A DNA stretch of 62,214 bases, filler included. It is 5 parts of 5 records of this genome, joined end to end, with 100 filler letters (N's around TTAATTAATTAA, not from the genome) between each part and the next. Parts side by side here need not be neighbours in the genome. Positions count along the whole stretch, not along the records: positions 15,254 to 38,221 come from SRR20825010_4277; positions 38,322 to 53,853 come from SRR20825010_4278; 3 more parts are not named here. One strand, 5' to 3'. Below the pieces are notes generated by a model that made no database searches, was not told where the DNA came from, and was given only the letters and a program-made list of their open reading frames with translations. Positions 29,001 through 38,485 of the stretch are shown here, one piece after another. The translations under genes and the position numbers were made by a program. Each line of letters begins with the position of its first letter. Position 1 is the first letter of the stretch.

Positions 29001-29198
29001 TATATCTGTGATGGTCCCGTTTGATGTCCCTTTTTCCAGGATGGTTACCCCTGGTAAGGTTTCCCCTTCGCCGGAGCTCACAGTACCGGTGACTTTAGAC
29101 TCCTGAGCCGCTGCGGCCAGCACCGAGAAGAAAGTAACCATTAATAGTAAAATGCGAAGCTTGGCTAACCAAAATGCATTTGTAAAATTACATTTCAT
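26007..29198 (-). CDS. SusC/RagA TonB-dependent transporter
   Basis: EVVVIGYG, RVRGITS, PLYVIDG and LKDASAQAIYGSRAANGV motifs; C-terminal Phe. Confidence 0.97.
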   Translation of the reverse strand: MKCNFTNAFWLAKLRILLLMVTFFSVLAAAAQESKVTGTVSSGEGETLPGVTILEKGTSNGTITDIDGNYTISIPSDAVLTFSFVGFQTIEMPIGGKSQINVRMEVDVQSLQEVVVIGYGSIDKADLTTSVASIDQEKIKNLPVAGIDQAIQGRLAGVTVSNNGGQPGGGVSVRVRGITSVNGNEPLYVIDGVPIAASRTSLEQNFLGGGSGQTNQSVLSTINPSDIKSIEVLKDASAQAIYGSRAANGVVLVTTKKGSGQGKITYDAYYGIQKIPKKLSVMNLQENAQFLNEVVKEIGAVEGTDRVINSRFADPSLLGAGTDWQDEIYQIGTVESHALAFSGSQKSSNYYFSLGAFDQKGTLIGTGFKRYSFRGNIEADIRDWLTTGFSVNASRGEQNIGLADAFDAVTSVVLYNSPAAPVRDLNGDYLGQVRVGGENIGNASNPVAIAKYRDVRSITTRGLGAVYAEIKFFEGLSLRNELNYDFSLADSKAYQPFVKNEEQNVNIITPSRLREERNQSTFYSLKNYLSYRKSFSKHNIYVTLGHEVQHGKYDYIQASRENLTLNLPSLAAGQGGNDSNETIGAGAGEYAMESYFGRANYSYDNRYAISATLRADGSSSFGSDNRWGYFPAASVAWTVTNESFAENISVLNVLKVRAGYGKVGNQNISANQYTANINLITISPFGNASLPANVPNPELGWESVETINVGVDMTLFPKKIVDVSLDVYKKTTSDMLLPTQLGAFSGLGTAYDDILTPTANAGQMTNTGIDIAITTSNINSADFNWSTTVIFSKFKNTLDFLNTDDASIRGDFNEYGTRTLVSLSQAGYPVGSFFGYKTDGLYTTEEELNALSTGLDVEAKGLWYGDIRYKDLDEDGDIDDEDVTVIGNPNPDFTLGMTNTVSYKAFDLSVFFYGSFGADIFNYTRRQTEGLNTLYNNQTTDVINRYTETNTDATIPRYNQWHDGNRRISDRYIEDGTYVRLQNVQIAYTLPRALVNRAKIASMKVYISGQNLHTFSNYSGYDPELGTTRGNSNSGSDSGILINVDNGRYPVPRAYTFGVNVEF

Positions 29199-29350
29199 AA
29201 AAATTCGATTAAATTATTTAACAGAATGACAAATCATCCAACTTCTTAAGGATGAATATTATCATAATGTTAGCGAGGGCAAACTACAACGATGTGCATC
29301 ATTTGGGTACATTATGGTATCAAAATGTTGAAAGCGTTTGTATTGGCTCA

Positions 29351-29386
29351 AAAAGCACATTTATATTCAGTAAAAGCACGATTATC
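29351..29386. promoter_or_regulatory. Candidate HTCS operator upstream of susC
   Basis: AAAAGCAC direct repeat at 29351 and 29372 (21-bp period), each followed by nnTTAT. Confidence 0.5.
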
Positions 29387-29551
29387 TCGTGGTTTTCCCT
29401 CAGAAAGAATGTGTGGTTTCGGATAAATACCTAATTCCAACCGACCTTTTCCCTACGCTCATTTGACTTATTAAACCTTGTTGGAGATTTTTAAAAGAAT
29501 TCTTCGAACCACATAGAAAAATGTGGTACTGGAATGCAACGAATTGAACGG

Positions 29552-32500
29552 TCAGGGCTGCCCGACTGCCTCATCGGAAAATGAATCGTTTTGCGGCCGA
29601 ACCGAGTACTTGGAAGGAAGTATATCAAACTCCGACCGGAAGTATTTTGTGAAATATTTCGGATTATTGAAGCCTACTTTGTAAGCTACTTCAGCCACAG
29701 TTAGCTGACTTTTGTCGAGCAGTGCCGCAGCGCGTTTCAAACGAATAGCCCGGATAAATTCGATTGGTGTTTTACCTGTGATTTCAAGAGTCTTCTTGTA
29801 CAACTGGCCTCTGCTCACACCCAAATGACGGCTCAGTTCCTGCACAGAAAAATCGGCGTTGGACATATTATCCTCCACAGCCATCAGGGCTTTTTGAATG
29901 AGTTTCTGATCAAGGGAAACAATCTCAATTTCTGTTGGATTTACTTCTTTGCGATTCTCGGCCACATGAATCATCTTCTGCAGCTGAATAGATGCCTTGA
30001 TACTGCGCAACAAAATCTCAAAGTTGAATGGCTTGGTGATGTATTCGGACGCGCCCGCCTCATATCCTTCCATTTTCTGATCATCGGAATATCTGGCCGA
30101 AAGAAGAATAACCGGAACGTGTGCAGACCGTGGATCTGCCTTTATTTTTTTGCATAGCTCCACCCCGTTCATTTCCGGCATCATAATGTCGGTCACTACC
30201 AAATCAGGCATACGATCCATGAGTTTTTTCCAGGCATCTTTACCGTTTTGCGCTTCCACCACATTGAAAAACTCCTTTAAATTATCCACCAGATAGTACC
30301 GGAAGTCGGCATTGTCTTCCACAATCAAAATCGTGGCTTTATTCGGAGAAAACTGACTCAATTCCTCAGCCTCCTTGTTCCAGCCGTTAATCGAGTTTAT
30401 CCTTTCTAAAGGTTCAAGGCGTTTCATAGGCAAATCCAGCATGAAGGTGCTTCCCTTGCCCGGCTCACTTTCCACAGAAATCTTACCACCATGCATCTCG
30501 GTGAATTCTTTGGTGATCGAAAGCCCGATTCCACTCCCGTGGTTCAGATTCAAGGTTTTACTGTCATCAACCTGAAAAAAACGCTTGAATATATCTTCTT
30601 GTTTGTCTTTTGGAATTCCAATACCTGTATCGGTAACGGTAATTCTCAATTCAACGCTATTGTTGTCACTCGTCACCTCCCAGAGTTTCACCACGATCGT
30701 CCCGTTTTCCGGAGTGAATTTGAAGGCGTTGGATAGTAGGTTGAACAGGATTTTCTCCATCTTATCACTATCAAAAAAGGTGAGAAAGGCGGGAATGGAA
30801 GATTCAAAATTGAGTTGAACGCGACGATCCTCCGACATGTCGGAAAAGTGAGAAACTATGTCGCCAATGAAGGTGACCAAATCGCCACTGGAAAGGGAAA
30901 GCTTGTGCTGATCCGCTTCCATTTTCCGGAAATCCAGCAACTGATTTACTAATGTGAGGAGACGTTTGGCGTTGCGATAAATCAATCTAAAATCACCTTC
31001 TTCCGGACTGCCAGCCATTTTGCGCATCAAACGTTCGATCGGGGTAATGATCAGAGTCAAAGGTGTTCGGAATTCGTGGCTGATGTTGGTGAAAAATTTA
31101 ATTTTCATCAGATCCAGCTCATGCATCTGCTTCGACTCTACCCGTTCCTGATAAACTTTGGCACGGAATCGCTCTTTTTGAATGATCATGTTTCGGGTAA
31201 TGTACAAACCGATCAAAACGAGTAGCGCATAGATGCCATAAGCCAGTGGTGTTTTCCAGAAAGGGTATAGAATCTGAATGTCCATCCCTATGAACGACGC
31301 ATTGTCAGGGTCGCTTTGGTCAGCGGCCATCACCTCAAAACGGTAGTTTCCCGGATCGAGATTCGTATAGTTTGCCCTGCGAATATTTGGATGCACCACC
31401 CACGTGGTATCAAAACCTTTCAAGCGGTATTTGAACAAGGTGTTTTCCTGTTGGTAGAAACTCAATGTGGTAAAACCGAACGAAAACGAATTTTCATTGT
31501 GTTTCAAAACCAATTTTTCGGTGTTGTTGATGCCTTCTTCAAACCATTTTCGGTCGTTATAGATTTCGTCCGGTCGGATTTGTTTGTTGGAAACGAAGAA
31601 ATCGAGAAACACCAACTTGCTCACCTGATCCTCCACGGTGATTTGTTTGGGGTCAAAAATATTGATCCCGTTTTTTCCACCAAAAACCAGCTCGCCAGAT
31701 TCCAATTTCGCAACAGAACGTTCATTGAACATGTCGCCCTGAAGTCCATCGGAAATATCGAAGTTTTCAAAATGTGGTTCGCTCTTTTCATAGACCATCT
31801 GCGCCAGACCTTTGTAGGTTCCAAACCACATACTTCCGTTTGCATCCTGCGTGATCGAGGTGATTATGTTGTGAGGCAGTCCGTCATTTTTGGTGTAATT
31901 TTTTATTTCACCCGTGACCAAAGAAATTTTGTTTAGTCCATACATGGTTCCAACCCAGATATTCAGTGAATTGTCCATGAACATATCCACCACATTGTTG
32001 TTGGAAAGCGAATTGGGGTTGTTTTCCTCCTTGAGATAATGACGAAAGGACTCTGTAACCGGATCGAAAACCTCTACACCATAGCCACTACCAATCCACA
32101 TCCGTCCCTCTGGATCTTCCTGAAAGGCCGTGATGTAACTGGAATGAATGTCACTATTATTCTGATCGAAATGGTAGACCTTTTTGAAGTTAGCGTCATA
32201 CACATCAACCCCACTTTTCAGCGTTCCTATCCACAAAAAACCCCGGGAGTCCATGTAAAGCTTCCATATACTGTTGTCGCAGGGAGAGTTAGGATCGTTG
32301 ACATCATGCACGTAGCTTTTGAATTTTTTTCCATCGAAATGATTCAAACCGCCCAAATAGGTTCCTATCCAAAGATCACCTTTATTCCCTTTGGCCATAC
32401 TTACAATGATGTCTGAACTCAAACTGTTTGCGCCAGCTTTGCGATTGTATCGTTTAAACTTGTTCGTTTGTAAATCAAAATGGAGCAACCCCCCACCATC

Positions 32501-33679
32501 GGTACCGACCCACAGGTCATTATCGTCTCCCTCCACGATTTGAATCATGTCGTTTTCGATCGCCTCGGTTCCTGTTTGCTTGAAAAATTTAAACTTCACC
32601 GACTTGGGTGAATAGTAATTGATTCCACCTTTGTTAGTTCCGATCCAAATCATGCCCGAACGATCGCCATAAAGGGAAACAATGGTATTGTGATTCAGCG
32701 ATTTTGGATCGGTAGGATTATGGCCGTATTGCTGAATGTCCCAGGTGTGTTTATTTAAAATAGCCAGCCCCACATGATCAATTCCAATAATGATGCTTCC
32801 ATTTTGATCCTGAATAATGGCGGTCACGAGGTTTGATCCTAGTTCCTTTTCTCCAAGTACTTTATAGGATCCATTCTCCGGTTGGTAATAACAAGCCCCC
32901 AGGTGAAAGCTGCTCGAAAAGTACCAATACGCTCCGTCTCTATCAATCAACGCGGATAAACCATCATTGTCTTTCAAATATTCCGGGTATTCAAAACGAC
33001 TTTCTACCTGCATCGTTTCAGGATTGAGTAGCTCCGTTTGTCCGTCTGTATAAATCGTGGCGATCTTGCCTTCGTTATCGAACTGTAATGAAGAAATATA
33101 TCTTGAATCAGAAGGCAATTGCAACAGGGTGTCCTGCTTTGCGTCATACTTGCTTAGGTTGGCATTATTGACCAAAAACCAATACGAATCCGAACGATCC
33201 TTGATAATGTCACGCAGGTTGTAATTGTTGATCCCCAGAGCAGTGAGAAACTTAGAAATATCAACGAATTTTTCCTTGTAAATATCATAAGCAAAAACCC
33301 CATAGCTCGTTTTCACCCAAATACGTCTTTCCGGCCCTTCTTTAATCCAGATAATATTTGAATTATTGAGAGAATAAGGGTCGTTTTCATCGTATTTCAA
33401 CACCTTTATTTCCGTACCATCGTAGCGATTGAGTCCGGAAAGGGTGCCAAACCACATGAAACCAAGTTCGTCCTGAAGAATGGAAGTCACCCGGTTGTGC
33501 GACAGGCCATCACGATCATCGAGGTGCTCGAATCGAATCTGAGAAAGCTGCGCGGAGACATTTAAAACTAAGAGCGTGCACAAAAACACGAATGAACTTA
33601 CTTTCAAAATCCGTCTATCCATTCTCATACGTTTCATATCCTCCTTTTTAAATATACCTAATCGCAAGTCATTGACCAA
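29552..33679 (-). CDS. Hybrid two-component system (beta-propeller sensor, Y_Y_Y, HK, REC, AraC)
   Basis: Repeated W.GT..GL propeller blades; YTNLDPGNY; FFTNISHEFRTPL; DIMMP; AYKVGFNNPKYF. True start probably near 33637. Confidence 0.96.
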   Translation of the reverse strand: MVNDLRLGIFKKEDMKRMRMDRRILKVSSFVFLCTLLVLNVSAQLSQIRFEHLDDRDGLSHNRVTSILQDELGFMWFGTLSGLNRYDGTEIKVLKYDENDPYSLNNSNIIWIKEGPERRIWVKTSYGVFAYDIYKEKFVDISKFLTALGINNYNLRDIIKDRSDSYWFLVNNANLSKYDAKQDTLLQLPSDSRYISSLQFDNEGKIATIYTDGQTELLNPETMQVESRFEYPEYLKDNDGLSALIDRDGAYWYFSSSFHLGACYYQPENGSYKVLGEKELGSNLVTAIIQDQNGSIIIGIDHVGLAILNKHTWDIQQYGHNPTDPKSLNHNTIVSLYGDRSGMIWIGTNKGGINYYSPKSVKFKFFKQTGTEAIENDMIQIVEGDDNDLWVGTDGGGLLHFDLQTNKFKRYNRKAGANSLSSDIIVSMAKGNKGDLWIGTYLGGLNHFDGKKFKSYVHDVNDPNSPCDNSIWKLYMDSRGFLWIGTLKSGVDVYDANFKKVYHFDQNNSDIHSSYITAFQEDPEGRMWIGSGYGVEVFDPVTESFRHYLKEENNPNSLSNNNVVDMFMDNSLNIWVGTMYGLNKISLVTGEIKNYTKNDGLPHNIITSITQDANGSMWFGTYKGLAQMVYEKSEPHFENFDISDGLQGDMFNERSVAKLESGELVFGGKNGINIFDPKQITVEDQVSKLVFLDFFVSNKQIRPDEIYNDRKWFEEGINNTEKLVLKHNENSFSFGFTTLSFYQQENTLFKYRLKGFDTTWVVHPNIRRANYTNLDPGNYRFEVMAADQSDPDNASFIGMDIQILYPFWKTPLAYGIYALLVLIGLYITRNMIIQKERFRAKVYQERVESKQMHELDLMKIKFFTNISHEFRTPLTLIITPIERLMRKMAGSPEEGDFRLIYRNAKRLLTLVNQLLDFRKMEADQHKLSLSSGDLVTFIGDIVSHFSDMSEDRRVQLNFESSIPAFLTFFDSDKMEKILFNLLSNAFKFTPENGTIVVKLWEVTSDNNSVELRITVTDTGIGIPKDKQEDIFKRFFQVDDSKTLNLNHGSGIGLSITKEFTEMHGGKISVESEPGKGSTFMLDLPMKRLEPLERINSINGWNKEAEELSQFSPNKATILIVEDNADFRYYLVDNLKEFFNVVEAQNGKDAWKKLMDRMPDLVVTDIMMPEMNGVELCKKIKADPRSAHVPVILLSARYSDDQKMEGYEAGASEYITKPFNFEILLRSIKASIQLQKMIHVAENRKEVNPTEIEIVSLDQKLIQKALMAVEDNMSNADFSVQELSRHLGVSRGQLYKKTLEITGKTPIEFIRAIRLKRAAALLDKSQLTVAEVAYKVGFNNPKYFTKYFRSEFDILPSKYSVRPQNDSFSDEAVGQP

Positions 33680-34900
33680 TTATTTGATTTTTGACAATCG
33701 AAACATCAGCACGTCGTGACCGGCGATTTCTGCAACCAGTGGTTTTTTCGTAGTGCCTTGTTCCTTGTGGGACCACACGTTTCTAAGCTTGTATTCCACA
33801 TTTTTGAAATCCACTACGGTTTTTGAAATTTGATCGTTGACGTAGTATTTGTCCCAATGAAAATCCAGTTTCTTGCTGTCGGCACTTCGATTCAAAAAAC
33901 AAGCAGCCAATTCGCCATTTTCAAGCGGTTTGATCCAAAGTTCAATTCCGTCGGACGAATAATAGCGAAAGCCCTGAACCCCAAGCTTATCCTGATTCAC
34001 TGCGATTACTTCTTTGTTGGTAAGAATCTCCTTCACTTCCGGGGACATTTTCCGAATATCATTTCCTGCGATTAGCGGGGCAGCTAGCATGCTCCACATG
34101 CTGAAGTGTGAGCGGTCTTCGCTCAACGTCATGCCATTGCCCACTTCCATCATATCCGGGTCGTTCCACTTTCCGGGACCAGATGCTTTTCTTAAGGCAT
34201 TGTTATCTCGCAGATCCAGCACCTGCAAAACGCCCCATTGTTTCCAGGTTCCGTGATCGATCACACAATCGAAGCAATGATAGATGTCGCCAGTGGTTCT
34301 CCAAAGATTTCCTATTTCCCCGGCCCACTCCCATGGGTTAGATTCGCCCCATTCGCAAATACTGAAAACGATTGGCCTGCCTGTTTTGTAAAGTGCATTT
34401 CTCATGGTCAGGTAAGCCCCCTTTTGGTTTAAGCCATCCGTATTGCACCAGTCATATTTCAAATAGTCAATGTCCCAATTGGCGTATTGCTGTGCATCCT
34501 GGAACTCGTAACCGCGACTTCCCGGACGTCCAGCGCATGTTTGCCAGCCCGCATCAGAATAGATTCCTAATTTCAACCCTTTGGAATGAACGTAATCCGC
34601 CAGCGCTTTCATCCCCGAAGGAAAGCGTTCAGTATCAGGCTGAATGTTTCCATCGGCATCACGCTCACCGTGCCAGCAATCATCTATATTGATGTATTCA
34701 TAACCCGCATCTCTCATTCCACTCGCTACCATCGCATCAGCCGTTTCGCGAATGAGTTGCTCACTCACATTACAACTGAAGTAATTCCAGCTGTTCCAGC
34801 CCATAGGCGGTGTGAGTGCCAAACCTTCGATCTTTTGAGCAGAAAGATTCAAAGAAATCAATACAAGCAAACTCAAAAACAATGGTTTCATGGATTTCAT
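33680..34900 (-). CDS. GH27 alpha-galactosidase
   Basis: TPPMGWNSWN, IDDCW, DYLKYDWC, WRTTGD and WNDPDM motifs; signal peptide. Confidence 0.96.
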   Translation of the reverse strand: MKSMKPLFLSLLVLISLNLSAQKIEGLALTPPMGWNSWNYFSCNVSEQLIRETADAMVASGMRDAGYEYINIDDCWHGERDADGNIQPDTERFPSGMKALADYVHSKGLKLGIYSDAGWQTCAGRPGSRGYEFQDAQQYANWDIDYLKYDWCNTDGLNQKGAYLTMRNALYKTGRPIVFSICEWGESNPWEWAGEIGNLWRTTGDIYHCFDCVIDHGTWKQWGVLQVLDLRDNNALRKASGPGKWNDPDMMEVGNGMTLSEDRSHFSMWSMLAAPLIAGNDIRKMSPEVKEILTNKEVIAVNQDKLGVQGFRYYSSDGIELWIKPLENGELAACFLNRSADSKKLDFHWDKYYVNDQISKTVVDFKNVEYKLRNVWSHKEQGTTKKPLVAEIAGHDVLMFRLSKIK

Positions 34901-34907
34901 TGGGCAA

Positions 34908-36107
34908 TTAGTTTAAATCAATTTTTTCCAACCGGTGGATCAATTCGAGCATGGATCGCCCGTTGTGATAGGGGCATTTCCATGGCCCGGCTTTGTCCTC
35001 GGTTGTATTTACTTTTCGTTCCTTGTTCACCATCCAGTACCATTCTCCCTCTGGATCAATCAGATTTTCCAGAATGAATGTCCAGTTCCTTCTAGCCAAA
35101 TCCAGGTATTTCCTGTCTCCCGATATTTCCCAAGCATTGATCAAACCAACCAATGCTTCCGCCTGTGGCCACCAATGTTTGTCAGTGTCCTCCACGCCAT
35201 GAAGGTTTCCTTCGTTCATCAATCCACCGTCGGTATCCATTCCCTCCAGGGCAGCTTCGGTCAATTTTATAGCTGCATTTTTTGTTTCTTGAATCAGAGA
35301 CGGTTCACCCAGTACCTCTGCCGCCTCGTGCAGCAGCCAGCCCCCCTCAATGTCGTGACCATAGGAATAGATATTCGATTTCAAATTCCAGTCTTCATCA
35401 AAAAAAAGATGGAAATGTCCGTGATCATCTATGAATTTTTCTAAAAACAAACGAATCAGGTTTTCCAACTTTTGCTTCAATCCATCATCTTTCCAAACAC
35501 GATAGAGATTGGTGTACGCCTCCAAAACATGAAGGTGCGTATTCATCGTCTTCGCTTCGTTGGCATCTTTGTCGCTCAGCCGCAAATCGTCTATAACTCC
35601 CCATTCCTGATCAAAGGCTTCTAAATAACCATTATTAGCCGTATCAAAACTGTATTTTTCAGTTATTAAATACAGGTCTTTCGCCAAAGTGAGTGCAGCT
35701 TCATCGTGAAAGGCTGCATAGTATTCCGACAAAGCATAAATGGTAAACGCCTGCGCGTAAACCTGTTTTTTTCCTCCCAACACTTCCCCGTCCGCATCGA
35801 GCATCCAAAAGACACCTCCATTTTTTCTGTCAAGAAAACGAGTGATTATATACTCATAATCCCTGTTTGCTATCTCTTTATAAATCGAGTCGGGATACTT
35901 TCTGGCAACAGCAGAAAATGTCCAAAGAATTCTGGCGTTCAGAATGATGCCTTTTGGCGCATCGGCATGAAGTTTATTTTCACCATCGATGCGACCGTAA
36001 AACCCACCCTGCTCTTTGTCCACCATTCGGTTGATCCAAAAGGGCAGGATGTTTTCCAACAAAAGTGCCTCGCATGAGGATGAAGAAAGCTCCTTGATCG
36101 TATCCAT
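34908..36107 (-). CDS. AGE-family cellobiose/mannobiose 2-epimerase
   Basis: MNTHLHVLEAY, SYGHDIE, WWPQAEA and WKCPYHNGR motifs. Confidence 0.93.
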   Translation of the reverse strand: MDTIKELSSSSCEALLLENILPFWINRMVDKEQGGFYGRIDGENKLHADAPKGIILNARILWTFSAVARKYPDSIYKEIANRDYEYIITRFLDRKNGGVFWMLDADGEVLGGKKQVYAQAFTIYALSEYYAAFHDEAALTLAKDLYLITEKYSFDTANNGYLEAFDQEWGVIDDLRLSDKDANEAKTMNTHLHVLEAYTNLYRVWKDDGLKQKLENLIRLFLEKFIDDHGHFHLFFDEDWNLKSNIYSYGHDIEGGWLLHEAAEVLGEPSLIQETKNAAIKLTEAALEGMDTDGGLMNEGNLHGVEDTDKHWWPQAEALVGLINAWEISGDRKYLDLARRNWTFILENLIDPEGEWYWMVNKERKVNTTEDKAGPWKCPYHNGRSMLELIHRLEKIDLN

Positions 36108-37999
36108 TAAAAATCGTCTGTTCGAAAAGGCACAGCGGGTAGCCCTTCTTTGTTGAAAAGGTTGCAGGCAGGATTATCCGCCCAGGCATAACGCACATAC
36201 TTTGGAGCAGTAACCAAATTTGAAGACAAGATCACCTGATCGCCAGCAACCTGTGCGTCCGCCCAACGATATTTTCCGTCCTCCCCGGCCAATGCGAAAC
36301 CAATCAATTGGTCGCCTTTTACTGATAAACCTGAACCAATACTTGAGTAGGTGATAATGACCTTTCCTCCCTCCACTTTATGCGACAGATACATGGGTCC
36401 CGAAAAAACCACAGTGTCAGCAAACACCACCTTTTTAGCTGTCAGCCAAAGTCTGGCCCCTACATCTTGTTTATTTCTTGGGTGAATATCGTCCGCATCG
36501 CCAATATCGATGATGCACGCCATTCCCGTGTTGGGAAGTTCCAGGGTTTGTGTTTGTGCTTCCTGCAACTGCGCCCATTTACTATCTGATGGTTCCGGCA
36601 TTCGTTGTTGATAATTGGCCAATTGAACAAAGAGAAAAGGAAAATCACCTTGCCTCCACTTTGTGCGCCAATCGGAAATCATACTTCCAAACAACTCCCG
36701 ATAATATTCCGCAAGCATCACATTGCTTTCGCCCTGATACCAGATGGCACCCGCAATGGTGTAACCCACAATTGGGTTGATCATGGCGTTGAAAAGTACA
36801 CCCGGTTTGTGGTTGTAAAATTCAACTTTCGGTATGGCCTGCTCGAAGGTGTTTGAATATTTCCAATCCCCTTCCAGGCTTTGGCGCTTTCCTTTTTCCT
36901 CTACCCACATTTCCCCAACTCTGCCGACACGCACCAAATTGTTCCAGGTGTTGATCGCCCGGATAGCGATTGTGTTATTTCCTTTCTTCAGTGCGGCAGG
37001 TGGAATTTGTATCACGGTGGTTTTATCGCTCCATGTCTCCTCAGCAATCAATTGACCATTGATAAATATTTTTCCCACCTGATCCAGATCACCCAAAAAC
37101 AAGCTCACCGATTTCGTAGTATTCAGTTCAAAGGTTTTTCTGAGCCAGACAATGTCCGTAAGTGGTTCTATGATGGGCAGTTGTATGGTTTCCCAGCCCG
37201 AGTCATCATAGCTAGCCAACTGTGTCCCGTTTTTCAGGAATGAATGATTGTCATTTACCAGTTCCCATTTTCGGATGTTTCTTTCGTCGTTAGCGGCTAT
37301 TTCGGCAGCCCAATCTATGGAAGGATCGAGCATTTCAGCAGCTGATTCTTTGTACCCTTCTACGGCCAACAATCGCTCCGTGGATGTCCAGGCTTCTGCT
37401 GGCGTTCCACCCCAGTTGTCATCGATGATGCCTACGGGAACGCCTTTCTCCAAATGATTTTTCTTGGCAAAGAACCAGGCCACTGCTGAAAATTCCTTTG
37501 CAGTTTCTAGATTGGCTACTGCCCATGAACCTGATTTGAGTTGCGCCTGAGGTTCCAGAGCCATTTCATTGGCCACTTTGAAAAACCGGATTTTGGGAAA
37601 ATTGGTATCCTTCAGCTCAGCTTCCATGTTGTCGATATTCATACCGATCTTCCACTCCATGTTCGACTGCCCGCCAGCCACCCAAACATCTCCAAAATAA
37701 ACGTCCGAAAGACTTAGAGATTCCTCAGTGGAAACTACCACTTCGAAAGGTCCGCCAGCCGCATGAGCAGGATAGAGACACTCCCATTCACCATCAGCAT
37801 TTGCCCTTGTTCGAACCTCAAAATTGTCAAGTTGTATTTTCACCGTGGCACCCGCTTCCGCCCATCCCCAAAACCGAACGGAGGCATTTCGCTGCAAAAC
37901 CATGTAATCAGAAAAAAGCCGTGGCAATTCAAGCTTTTGGGAGAGAATGGAATGCATGGATGCTATTAGCATAATGACTAAAAATAAGGTTCTTTTCAT
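36107..37999 (-). CDS. Sialate O-acetylesterase-like SGNH carbohydrate esterase with inserted beta-sandwich (CE20-like)
   Basis: GDVWVAGGQSNM, WGGTPAEAW, WYQGESN and DIHPRNK motifs. The signal peptide starts at MKRTLF (37999). Confidence 0.85.
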   Translation of the reverse strand: MKRTLFLVIMLIASMHSILSQKLELPRLFSDYMVLQRNASVRFWGWAEAGATVKIQLDNFEVRTRANADGEWECLYPAHAAGGPFEVVVSTEESLSLSDVYFGDVWVAGGQSNMEWKIGMNIDNMEAELKDTNFPKIRFFKVANEMALEPQAQLKSGSWAVANLETAKEFSAVAWFFAKKNHLEKGVPVGIIDDNWGGTPAEAWTSTERLLAVEGYKESAAEMLDPSIDWAAEIAANDERNIRKWELVNDNHSFLKNGTQLASYDDSGWETIQLPIIEPLTDIVWLRKTFELNTTKSVSLFLGDLDQVGKIFINGQLIAEETWSDKTTVIQIPPAALKKGNNTIAIRAINTWNNLVRVGRVGEMWVEEKGKRQSLEGDWKYSNTFEQAIPKVEFYNHKPGVLFNAMINPIVGYTIAGAIWYQGESNVMLAEYYRELFGSMISDWRTKWRQGDFPFLFVQLANYQQRMPEPSDSKWAQLQEAQTQTLELPNTGMACIIDIGDADDIHPRNKQDVGARLWLTAKKVVFADTVVFSGPMYLSHKVEGGKVIITYSSIGSGLSVKGDQLIGFALAGEDGKYRWADAQVAGDQVILSSNLVTAPKYVRYAWADNPACNLFNKEGLPAVPFRTDDF

Positions 38000-38056
38000 A
38001 ATCCCTTTTTGTTGTTCCTGTAATAGATCAATTGTTTTCCTATCGGAAAACAAGCT

Positions 38057-38221
38057 TTAAAGCAATCCTTCAGTCTTCAAATACGCCAGATTCCTGCGAA
38101 TCAATTCACTACGAACGGCTACACTTGCCGCCGATCGCAAATCATCCTTGGGCGTATTTTCACAATAATCCATCAGCTTATCTACTGTGCTTGTCGCCAC
38201 ATGCATGCGGGTATCCGAAGA
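38057..38221 (-). CDS. GH130 4-O-beta-D-mannosyl-D-glucose phosphorylase, C-terminal fragment (not in ORF track)
   Basis: Manual translation gives SSDTRMHVATSTVDKLMDYCENTPKDDLRSAASV...RRNL, the characteristic MGP C-terminus. Confidence 0.88.
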   Translation of the reverse strand, partial: SSDTRMHVATSTVDKLMDYCENTPKDDLRSAASVAVRSELIRRNLAYLKTEGLL

Positions 38222-38321
38222 NNNNNNNNNNNNNNNNNNNNNNNNNNNNNNNNNNNNNNNNNNNNTTAATTAATTAANNNNNNNNNNNNNNNNNNNNNNN
38301 NNNNNNNNNNNNNNNNNNNNN
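38222..38321. other. Artificial contig spacer
   Basis: N run plus TTAATTAATTAA. Confidence 0.99.
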
Positions 38322-38350
38322 CTCGTAGGCTTGCCTCGAAGTAGTTGATT
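38322..38350 (-). repeat. Fragment of a palindromic dispersed repeat at the contig edge
   Basis: The minus strand reads AATCAACTACTTCGAGGCAAGCCTACGAG, similar to AATTAATTACCTCGGGGGCAAGTCCACGAAG at 39789. Confidence 0.5.
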
Positions 38351-38485
38351 ATCGATTATCTAGTAAAATAGAGGCGCTCTTTTGAGAATCCTTTAAATAT
38401 TTTGTAATTTGCAGCCACTGCATGGATGATTTCTCTCCGTAAGAAGGAATTGTATAGTTTCACATTTTTAAATTTCGATTTCAGA

